The notes under the pieces: generated by a model
The model's database searches: none
The model's input: only the letters and a program-made list of their open reading frames with translations
What the model was told of the DNA's origin: nothing
Translations under genes and position numbers: made by a program
Part shown: piece after piece, positions 52,224-60,403 of the stretch
Numbering within the stretch: the first letter of the stretch is position 1
Layout: every line of letters begins with the position of its first letter
Virus record (IMG/VR): IMGVR_UViG_3300026097_000013
Location: 1-64,000 of that record
DNA from: a virus
Reading direction: 5' to 3' (one strand)
Length of the DNA stretch: 64,000 bases

Positions 52224-54065
52224 TCAGTTCTTTACCGTAATTAGCTTTCCGTATTCAGGAAGATACAAATACTCGATTTTACTATGCGTTAATGTACGCA
52301 ATGCATCGTCAAGTGTTTCTACAAGAGGTTCACCGCCTAAGTTAAAGCTTGTGTTAAAGATAATTGGAACTCCGGTGCGCTCTTTAAATTCTTTAATAAT
52401 TCTGTAATATAGAGGATTGTCCTTTTCGTTTACTGTTTGAATTCTGCATGTACCGTCAACATGTATAATACTAGGAATTTTTTCAGCAATGCCTGGTTGA
52501 CAGTTTACAGCATACATCATGTGCGGACTATCTTCCATGCCACGCAAGTCGAACCATTCGTGTGCATCCTCAGCAAGTATTGATCCAGCAAACGGTCGGA
52601 AGTATTCACGACGTTTAATTTCGTTTACAAAGTCCTTGCCATCTTCGAATGTCGGATCAAACATTAAGCTACGATTACCTAATGCACGTGGTCCTGCTTC
52701 CGAGCGTCCTTGAAAACATGCTACAATATTTTTACTTGTCATTAGGTCAACAACATCTTTGTCTGTAGCATTTCTGATTTCTGCATTATAGTTTTCAACA
52801 ATTGAATTAATTTCATCGGATGTATATGTGTATTCAAATCCTAAATAAATTTCTCTCCCGTTTAGTTTATCAGGTATTTCAGTTATGGAATGAAATCCAA
52901 AAAGTGCTACACCAATAGCTGTGCCGCCATCGTTTGATATAGGTTCGACATAAAAATCAATTCCTTCTTCGTTTAAGCGATTTAAGAAATAATAATTAGC
53001 AACGCAGTTAAGTGCATACCCTCCGGATAATACTACTTTTTTCTTTCCAGACATTTCTACAGCTTTAAGTATAAGATTTAGAACTTGCTCTTGTGTTTCA
53101 GTTTGAACTGCGTATGCAAGATCTCTACGATTTTGTTCTAGTGTGACATCATCAAAGTTGTTTAGTTCGGTATTCAATTCGTCAAATAACTGCGTATTTA
53201 CAAAGGCTCCTCGAGGATAATAAGGAACAATAACATTTGGATCAGATAATTCATAGTCTCCAACTTTTTTAAATAGTGAAGGAATTTTATCGTTAGGCTT
53301 GCCGTATGGGAATAGTCCCATAGTTTTTCCTGCTTCAATTTCTTGAAATCCGCAATACTTTGTAACTGCTTCGTATGTTTTGGTAATACCTGCATTTCTA
53401 GATAATATAGCATGGAATGTATTATCTATTTCACCATACAAAAATTCAGCTTCTTTTTCTTTATCGATAATTGTTAATGTAGTATCTTTTGTTGCAGAAT
53501 GTTTGTATAAATGATTAAATGTTGCAGGGTAATTACAATCTAAAATTGATTCAATTTCCCATGTTGATACTACATCAGTATCATTTGGATTAAATTTTGG
53601 ATCTATACAAATCTCTAAAGGTATTTCAGAACCACAACCGTCTACTACTAGTGCTACAGCTTCGTCAAACCCAGATCGATAAAAGGCACAGGCTGCATGT
53701 ATCTTGTGGTGCTGATGACTAAGATCATACACCTGAGGATGATTATGAGGATCTGCATGTTGGTCAATTAATCCTAATTTTCGAGCTAACCCAATATACA
53801 TATTATCGCCACTAAAATCAATAGTGCCAGATGTATGCATTCCTTGAGTATGAACAATAAACATATAATCAACTTTATCTGTATACTCTTTTACTTTTAC
53901 CATTGCAGCAAATGGACTGCCGTCGTATTTTTTTCTGCTAAGGCGCTCTTCTTCAATTGCAAATACAATTTTACCATTTTTTAATAAACATACACCTGAA
54001 TTGTGTCCTCGAGAGATGCCTAATACCCAAAGATCTTTTTTTATTTCATTCATATTATAGTCCAC
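52224..54065 (-). CDS. O-carbamoyltransferase (NodU/CmcH/TobZ family), full length
   Basis: GHNSGVC, EEERLSRKK, HHKIHAA, AGKTMGL, DGGTAIG, GPRALGNRS, HVDGTCRIQTV, NTSFN. Confidence 0.92.
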   Translation of the reverse strand: MDYNMNEIKKDLWVLGISRGHNSGVCLLKNGKIVFAIEEERLSRKKYDGSPFAAMVKVKEYTDKVDYMFIVHTQGMHTSGTIDFSGDNMYIGLARKLGLIDQHADPHNHPQVYDLSHQHHKIHAACAFYRSGFDEAVALVVDGCGSEIPLEICIDPKFNPNDTDVVSTWEIESILDCNYPATFNHLYKHSATKDTTLTIIDKEKEAEFLYGEIDNTFHAILSRNAGITKTYEAVTKYCGFQEIEAGKTMGLFPYGKPNDKIPSLFKKVGDYELSDPNVIVPYYPRGAFVNTQLFDELNTELNNFDDVTLEQNRRDLAYAVQTETQEQVLNLILKAVEMSGKKKVVLSGGYALNCVANYYFLNRLNEEGIDFYVEPISNDGGTAIGVALFGFHSITEIPDKLNGREIYLGFEYTYTSDEINSIVENYNAEIRNATDKDVVDLMTSKNIVACFQGRSEAGPRALGNRSLMFDPTFEDGKDFVNEIKRREYFRPFAGSILAEDAHEWFDLRGMEDSPHMMYAVNCQPGIAEKIPSIIHVDGTCRIQTVNEKDNPLYYRIIKEFKERTGVPIIFNTSFNLGGEPLVETLDDALRTLTHSKIEYLYLPEYGKLITVKN

Positions 54066-55011
54066 TTAAAATTTTACCTGCTATTTGTTTAATTTGATCG
54101 TCAGTTAAATTCATTGCTGACTCATTTTTTCTATCTGCACACTCGTCTAAAGTGATACGTATAGGGCTGTACTCTTTATTATTTTTATTAAAATCAAAAA
54201 TATTAAAATATTTATTGTTAGGATAAGATACATTTTCAGCAAATGTTGACCCTAGCACCACATAAGATTTTTTATTAAACGAATGTGCGATATGCTGTCC
54301 TATCGAATCACATCCTATAAATGCATCTGCGGCATTTATCATTCCAAACCATTTCCTCAAATTTACGTTTTCAATAAAAAATGTTTCTTGTTTACATCCG
54401 TATGCGCTAAAATCTACATTAAATTCATTCATTAATAATATAGAACATCTGTGTTCAATCTTTTTTATTAAATTTGCAGCTGATGCAATAGTAAAAGACC
54501 TACCAGTCGAATCAATCGGCCCTGCTGATGTTTCTACATTATTTAATGTTATACCTTTGCCAAACGGTTGAAAAATCATCAGAGGCTTGTTATGTTTATT
54601 CCTCATATCGTTGGCCATATTTAATGCTGTATGCTTTTCTTCGTTATTTAAATATATAGACGGCGCTGACAGATTATCATCTAAAGTTCCATTAATTTCG
54701 ATATCAAATGCTTGTGCAATACTGCATTTTTGATTATAGTATTCCCATACATAATAAGGCTCCGGCGCTACTATGTTTCTATCTTTTAGTTTATCTTTAA
54801 ATAAATGAGGTAAGTTTGACGGATATGATCTAGCATGCAATGACGGATGTCCTGAAAATGCTTCATATGCAAATTCTGAAAATATTACAAAATCATCGTC
54901 TGGATTATTTTCTAGATATTTTTCTAATGCCGGAATGGCGCACACAACTCTTCCAATGCCGCCATTAATATAGAATGCAGTATTACGTTCTTTGTTGTTT
55001 ATTTTTTTCAT
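54055..55011 (-). CDS. GT9-like (heptosyltransferase-type) glycosyltransferase
   Basis: GGIGRVVCAIPAL; AADAFIGCDSIGQHIAHSFNKKSYVVLGST matches the GT9 pattern IGxDSGxxHxAxA..P.v.lfG.T. Confidence 0.6.
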   Translation of the reverse strand: MKKINNKERNTAFYINGGIGRVVCAIPALEKYLENNPDDDFVIFSEFAYEAFSGHPSLHARSYPSNLPHLFKDKLKDRNIVAPEPYYVWEYYNQKCSIAQAFDIEINGTLDDNLSAPSIYLNNEEKHTALNMANDMRNKHNKPLMIFQPFGKGITLNNVETSAGPIDSTGRSFTIASAANLIKKIEHRCSILLMNEFNVDFSAYGCKQETFFIENVNLRKWFGMINAADAFIGCDSIGQHIAHSFNKKSYVVLGSTFAENVSYPNNKYFNIFDFNKNNKEYSPIRITLDECADRKNESAMNLTDDQIKQIAGKILSGL

Positions 55012-55646
55012 AAGTTTAACTCATTTAATGTTATTGTTGTTCCGAGGGTTCCTTTTACAAAAACATTAAAAGATAAACTTATTCTGTTTTTGTTTGAATT
55101 ATTAGGACTTACTTCGTGAAACAACGTTGAAGGAAAGAAAATAATATCATTATTTTTTACAGGAACAGTCCATATATTTGAATTAGTTACATTATATGTA
55201 GAAACATCGATTTGTAGTGTGGGATTATTTGTAATAGTATCATTGTTATTAGAAATAAATGTTATACTATCTTCGGGTGTTGTATCTATATAATAAACTC
55301 CACTTATTAAAGAATTACTATGATTGTGTCTATGATGACTAGAACCAGGCGGATTAAAATTTAACCAAGATTGTGTAAGATAAAATTCATGTTTAGGATC
55401 TATAAATAATACGTTGTTAATATATTCATTAAGACCAGACATAATTCTATCACGTATTAAACTGTAAGAATCTAAATTCAACACATTAGTATTAGTTGAT
55501 GAAAGGTTTCCTCCAACATTTTCACGAGTTTTTAATTGTTCGGTTGTTGTGTCATGTACTTCGGTTATATCTGAATATTTGTTATATATAAAAACCGGAG
55601 TACTAAAAAGTAATAATGTATTATCTAAAGATTGATTTTGATTCAT
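55008..55646 (-). CDS. 2OG-Fe(II) oxygenase (TIGR02466-like)
   Basis: HHRHNHSNSLISGVYY, FFPSTLFHEV, RISLSFN. Confidence 0.82.
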   Translation of the reverse strand: MNQNQSLDNTLLLFSTPVFIYNKYSDITEVHDTTTEQLKTRENVGGNLSSTNTNVLNLDSYSLIRDRIMSGLNEYINNVLFIDPKHEFYLTQSWLNFNPPGSSHHRHNHSNSLISGVYYIDTTPEDSITFISNNNDTITNNPTLQIDVSTYNVTNSNIWTVPVKNNDIIFFPSTLFHEVSPNNSNKNRISLSFNVFVKGTLGTTITLNELNL

Positions 55647-55656
55647 TTTTTATCCT

Positions 55657-56325
55657 TTAGTTGCAATCTAGAGATATTCTAATATTTCCAGAAACGCTTA
55701 TTCTGTAATCATCCGAAGTATAAAATGGATATACACAATGATTCAACGTAGCAGGAAACATTAAAATAGTTCCTTCCCATGTCTTATCAACCGGAACCGG
55801 TGTAGTTTGTATTCTGCCTAGTATATCATTGTAAATAAAAGTAAATTTTGAAGTATAAGCGCCCGATGTGTCTGTATTATCTGATTCGTGCAAGATATCA
55901 GAGTTAAGAGGAAAATAAGTTTCTTCATCTTTTAATTCATAAGGTATTTTAATCCAAATAACAAAGCTTAATACACCCGAATGATGATGTATAGGGTTAA
56001 ATTCATATTTTTTTTGTTTATTGACCCACATAGAATCAACAATTAAATTATATTTTTTAGATTTTGAAACTTCTTCAAATGTATCAAGAAATCCTGGATT
56101 ATTAATCTGCCAAGTATCTGCCATTGCTAATAGAAATTCAGACATATTTTCCTTAATATGATTTAAAGAATATTCTTCTTGCATATGTCCCAAAAGCTTA
56201 TGATTATATTTCTCTCCTGTGTCACCCATAGTATCTATAACAGATTTTAAATTTTTAAAAATATCAAACGGAAGTTTAGACTCTAATACACCGAGATTAT
56301 TAAGTGCTTTTAATGATAATGTCAT
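55657..56325 (-). CDS. 2OG-Fe(II) oxygenase (H-x-H type)
   Basis: EFNPIHHHSGVLSFVIW, MFPATLNHCVYP, RISVSGN. Confidence 0.8.
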   Translation of the reverse strand: MTLSLKALNNLGVLESKLPFDIFKNLKSVIDTMGDTGEKYNHKLLGHMQEEYSLNHIKENMSEFLLAMADTWQINNPGFLDTFEEVSKSKKYNLIVDSMWVNKQKKYEFNPIHHHSGVLSFVIWIKIPYELKDEETYFPLNSDILHESDNTDTSGAYTSKFTFIYNDILGRIQTTPVPVDKTWEGTILMFPATLNHCVYPFYTSDDYRISVSGNIRISLDCN

Positions 56326-56330
56326 GTTTT

Positions 56331-57908
56331 CTATGTATCCTTATCATTGTATATATACCGAGATAACCAATCACAAGCACTAAGCTGAGTGCTTGCAGCA
56401 TTTTTCCATTGATTTACTTTGTTATATCTATCGTATAAAAAATTTTCACAAAGATCGCGCATACTTGTCTGCATACCCAATTCTTGCTTTACAATGTCAA
56501 TTTCATTGTATACATTATAATTCATACCGTTAGCTATACATACAATACCTGCACGTCCAGTATGACTAAGTGTAAGTGTTTTCTTTACATATAGATCATT
56601 AAATCCGCTAGTACTAGTGCGTAAATTTGAATCGTAAACTCTTTCTCTATTTTTATTCCAGTAATCTGAATCACTTCTTATAGACAAAGCGTAATGCAAT
56701 GCAACAAATTCTGCAAAATTCTGATAAAAATTTCTTATGTGTGCGTTATACACATCTCGATCAAATTGATTAACTACTGGTCGATCTACATGACGACAAA
56801 ATTCTAACAAAAATTCATGAACACTTAATAATCCATTACTTTCTAGTGGCTCAATGAATGCAGCAGCCAACCCAATGCCTAATACATTTTTAACCCATAT
56901 ACGTTCATAAATACCTGTTTTAAAATTAATGTGCTTAAAATTAAGATCATCTGTAACTCTATTAGGATTGTGCAATGTCATTTTATCCGAATTAAGATGA
57001 TTTTTAAATTCTTGCAGAGCATCTTCGTCTGATATAAATTCATCTGAATATACGTATCCTGTACCTATTCTAGACCAAAGCGGAATATTCCAAACCCACC
57101 CGTTACTTAGTGCAGTACAATTTGTATATACTTCTAGTTCTTTTTCTTTATCAGTATACGGTATTTGTACAGCCCATGCCTTGTTATTTGGTAAAATATC
57201 TCTATAAGATACAAATGGCTCTTCTAGTGCTTTACCTAAAAGTAAACTTTCAAATCCAGTGCAATCTACATAAAGATCTGCTGTTAATTTTGTTCCGTCT
57301 TCTAAAATAATTTTAGATATACCGTTATCGTCTGTAGGAGCGTCAACAACTGTTCCTACTACATGTTTAACTCCACGAGGTATACAATAGCGATCTTTAA
57401 GATATTTTCCGAATAATAACGAGTCAAAATGAAAAGCTGTATGATAATCAAATCTAAAATCATCAAAACTACCGTCTTCATTAGTTGATATTTTATTTTC
57501 GTTTACTAATGCCATTACAGGCCAAAAGTTTTCTGCAAAGTCGCTAGAATGAGTTTCAGGATAGTAAGCTTTTTTTAATTGCCAATGATTATAATTAATA
57601 TCTTCAGTTTCTATAGGATCACCAAACGGATAATGGAATCCTCCGTAGTCTTTATCATAAAAGTCAGTAAATTTGATACTAAACTTATAACTACCATTTG
57701 TATGTTTTAGAAAATCTTTGTCATCTATTCCGAGGTACGCTGTCCAGTCACGAATAAATCCTAAGGTACTTTCACCCACACCAATTTTTGGTATATCATC
57801 ACTTTCAACTAATGTAATAGATTTATCGGGAAATTTTCTAATCAGTGTTGCAGCAGCCATCCATCCAGCTGAGCCGCCGCCTACTATTAATATACTATTA
57901 AATGCCAT
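56331..57908 (-). CDS. Flavin-dependent halogenase (tryptophan halogenase family)
   Basis: GGGSAGW, GVGEST, Lys in SYKFSI, WVWNIP, FIEPLESNG. Confidence 0.88.
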   Translation of the reverse strand: MAFNSILIVGGGSAGWMAAATLIRKFPDKSITLVESDDIPKIGVGESTLGFIRDWTAYLGIDDKDFLKHTNGSYKFSIKFTDFYDKDYGGFHYPFGDPIETEDINYNHWQLKKAYYPETHSSDFAENFWPVMALVNENKISTNEDGSFDDFRFDYHTAFHFDSLLFGKYLKDRYCIPRGVKHVVGTVVDAPTDDNGISKIILEDGTKLTADLYVDCTGFESLLLGKALEEPFVSYRDILPNNKAWAVQIPYTDKEKELEVYTNCTALSNGWVWNIPLWSRIGTGYVYSDEFISDEDALQEFKNHLNSDKMTLHNPNRVTDDLNFKHINFKTGIYERIWVKNVLGIGLAAAFIEPLESNGLLSVHEFLLEFCRHVDRPVVNQFDRDVYNAHIRNFYQNFAEFVALHYALSIRSDSDYWNKNRERVYDSNLRTSTSGFNDLYVKKTLTLSHTGRAGIVCIANGMNYNVYNEIDIVKQELGMQTSMRDLCENFLYDRYNKVNQWKNAASTQLSACDWLSRYIYNDKDT

Positions 57909-57915
57909 AAAAAAA

Positions 57916-57964
57916 ATACCTCCTATAATGTATTTAATTATAACATCATAGGAAGCATTGTCAA
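57916..57964 (-). promoter_or_regulatory. Overlapping sigma70 (extended -10) and late promoters with strong SD
   Basis: TTGACA-16-TATAAT preceded by TG-n, immediately followed by TAAATA, then AGGAGG. Confidence 0.72.
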
Positions 57965-57977
57965 TGTGATTTATATA

Positions 57978-58502
57978 TTACTCTTCAGGATCTGGATCTG
58001 GGCCTGGATCTGGAATCACAACTCCGGGAATTAACGGCCATTCAATCTCAGATTCATGTGATATTGTATCCCAATCAATTGTGTCGGGCAAGTCTCTTAG
58101 TTGCTGTCTATACGTTGCCCATTCTGCTTTTTCTGCATCACTAAGTGGTGCATCCGGCAATTGTGTCCAATCCGAAGCTGGTAATAAATTTAGACGGGTA
58201 CGTTCCATAAATCTAAATCGCTTTTCCAGTATATCAATTGATTTTTCAATCCACTCTTGAGTAAAAGTTCCGTCTTCATTTTTTATAATATCGCCTGGCG
58301 CTATGTCTACATCAGTATCGCCGTTGACATAGTCTCTAATTGAATCATATACCGGAGCATAACCTTTAGCACGTACTTCTTCTTCAGTAAAGTCCCATGT
58401 TTCTTTCATTATATAATGTATATTTTCGTTAGAAATATATGTAGAGTCAACCATATCTCCATTTTCATCTATTCTTATATAGTTTACATTTTGTAAATTC
58501 AT
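57978..58502 (-). CDS. Tail fibre assembly chaperone-like protein
   Basis: R..LL..SDWTQLPDAPL....W..YRQQLRDLP. Confidence 0.8.
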   Translation of the reverse strand: MNLQNVNYIRIDENGDMVDSTYISNENIHYIMKETWDFTEEEVRAKGYAPVYDSIRDYVNGDTDVDIAPGDIIKNEDGTFTQEWIEKSIDILEKRFRFMERTRLNLLPASDWTQLPDAPLSDAEKAEWATYRQQLRDLPDTIDWDTISHESEIEWPLIPGVVIPDPGPDPDPEE

Positions 58503-58522
58503 TGTGCAGTTCCTTAATCTTA

Positions 58523-60046
58523 TTATAAGTTATGTGTGTTACAGCAAGGCCACGCTCTATTTGCGCCCCAAACAATTCTAACAACACCCGGCCCGCCCCA
58601 GCCGCCGCCGTGTGACGTGCCGCCGCCTCCGGCGCCGCCGCCGAACTTTCCGCCGCAATTATAACCGTTTCCTCGTCCATTCGAATACGGCTCACCTGGA
58701 TTACCACAGCAACCGCCTGATCCGCCTTGGCCTGCTCCGCCGCTTGTGCCGTGACCTGTTCGTCCATGGCCGCATCTGCCTTCACTGCTGCTACTACCAT
58801 AACAGCACATGCCACATGCGCCAGTGCCGCCACCGCCGCCAGTACCGTAAGTTGAACTGTGATAAGAAGTTGCGCTGCCCCCTCCGCCACCGCAACCACG
58901 ATATCCCGGAGTATTAGAGTTAGCAGGTGATCGGCCACAATAGCCAGCTCCGCCGCCGCCTCCGCCAGCAGTACCCGGATAAGCAACCATTCCGTAACTA
59001 CCGCAGCATGTTCCGCTGCCGCCATTTACATCACTGAAGCTGTAACATCCGCCGTAACATCCACAACATCCGCCGCAGGCTATCATACCCGGCCAGCATG
59101 AATATCCACCAAGGTTTTGGCTGTTAGACCAGCATGCTCCACGTCCGACGCGGATACAATAAGATTGACCTGGTGTAACTGGAATATTATTAGCCCATAC
59201 AGAGCCACCGCCGTGCCCGCCGCAGCCTGCCCAGTCGTAACGGCCGCTGCCGCCAGCGCCGATTGCTAGTACATTAACACTTGTAACTCCATCTGGGGCT
59301 ACCCATGTATAATTACATGTGCCGCCAGCTTGGCCATATACACCTTCATATTGTGCTTGTCCTTTAACGGCTTCAAAATAGAATTGTTTGCTAAATGCTG
59401 TAGTTCTATACGAACCTTCAGGCATTGATGTATTACGTACACCTAGTGTAAAGTTATAATTATTAGTTGTTTCGTCACTAGATTTTCCTGGAAAAGTCAT
59501 TAGTCCGTTGTTATCAATAGTTACATTAGACGGTAAGTTGCCTCTGTTAGTAATTGCCCATTCTGTAGCTGTACCGCTATTACTGAATTGAAAAGTTTCC
59601 GCAGCAGTAAGTGTTACATTATTGTTATTAGTAGTAATACTAGGATAATCGTTTGTTGTGCTAACAAATATAGTTATATCAGCTTCGTATACAACATCAT
59701 ATTTTGAATCAGTAATATTTATCGTTAATACTGACAATGGATCCATGCTAGCAGCCGATCCTGATAGTGTTCCACTAGATGATAGAGTTAGTCCGTATTG
59801 TGCGCCATCTCGCCACGCAAAGGTATATTCTGAATCACCAAAAGCACCTGTTACGCTAAGTGTAACATTTAAACTTTCGTTTGCATTTATATAATCTGGA
59901 AGAGGATCTCTATCAAGAGATGCGCCGCCAGCTAAAACAAATCCTGTTCCGTTACTTGTTAAAATTAGTCCAGTATTTTCAAAGTCTGCATCCTCGATTG
60001 CTAGACCACTACCTCTGTTTTTTGTTAATCCTATAAATCTTCCCAT
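58523..60046 (-). CDS. Fibre-like virion protein with Ig-like repeats and a Gly/Cys-rich C-terminal domain
   Basis: LTLSSSGTLSG and VTIDNNG (putative Ig); WVAPDGVTSVNVLAIGAGG...GVVRIVWG glycine-rich domain with 23 Cys. Confidence 0.75.
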   Translation of the reverse strand: MGRFIGLTKNRGSGLAIEDADFENTGLILTSNGTGFVLAGGASLDRDPLPDYINANESLNVTLSVTGAFGDSEYTFAWRDGAQYGLTLSSSGTLSGSAASMDPLSVLTINITDSKYDVVYEADITIFVSTTNDYPSITTNNNNVTLTAAETFQFSNSGTATEWAITNRGNLPSNVTIDNNGLMTFPGKSSDETTNNYNFTLGVRNTSMPEGSYRTTAFSKQFYFEAVKGQAQYEGVYGQAGGTCNYTWVAPDGVTSVNVLAIGAGGSGRYDWAGCGGHGGGSVWANNIPVTPGQSYCIRVGRGACWSNSQNLGGYSCWPGMIACGGCCGCYGGCYSFSDVNGGSGTCCGSYGMVAYPGTAGGGGGGAGYCGRSPANSNTPGYRGCGGGGGSATSYHSSTYGTGGGGGTGACGMCCYGSSSSEGRCGHGRTGHGTSGGAGQGGSGGCCGNPGEPYSNGRGNGYNCGGKFGGGAGGGGTSHGGGWGGPGVVRIVWGANRAWPCCNTHNL

Positions 60047-60070
60047 TATAATTTCCTTTTATACATGTAT

Positions 60071-60388
60071 TTATGCTGATGTTTCGATACCAAAAACTAC
60101 AGCACTAATACTTGCTTCTGATGATAATGCAACTATTTTTTGACCTGCTGCTAACACTAGACCTGTACGTTCTAGTACGTTTTTAGCAAGTAACCCTGTT
60201 TCAAATTCTATGTATTCTCCGTTAGTAGGAGTATCTGCATCTGCAATTGCTAAACTAATATTAGAAGCATCAGCACCTCTATTACATATCGATATTGTTG
60301 CAACGGCATAAGTGTCTGCTGGACATTCGTATACTGTTGTAAGTGTTGCTGCGCTTAAATCGCTTGCTGCTAATCTTCCTGTAGCCAT
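60071..60388 (-). CDS. Small fibre-associated virion protein
   Basis: TTVYECP...ICNRG...YIEFET...LERTGLVL...VFGIE; GGAG SD. Confidence 0.65.
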   Translation of the reverse strand: MATGRLAASDLSAATLTTVYECPADTYAVATISICNRGADASNISLAIADADTPTNGEYIEFETGLLAKNVLERTGLVLAAGQKIVALSSEASISAVVFGIETSA

Positions 60389-60403
60389 TTTATATATTCT
60401 CCG

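Noticed and set aside
58465-59025. Alternative-frame Ala-rich ORF and antisense Arg-rich ORF (58612-58917)
   Set aside because: These are shadows of GGC/GGT Gly codon repeats in the real fibre gene.
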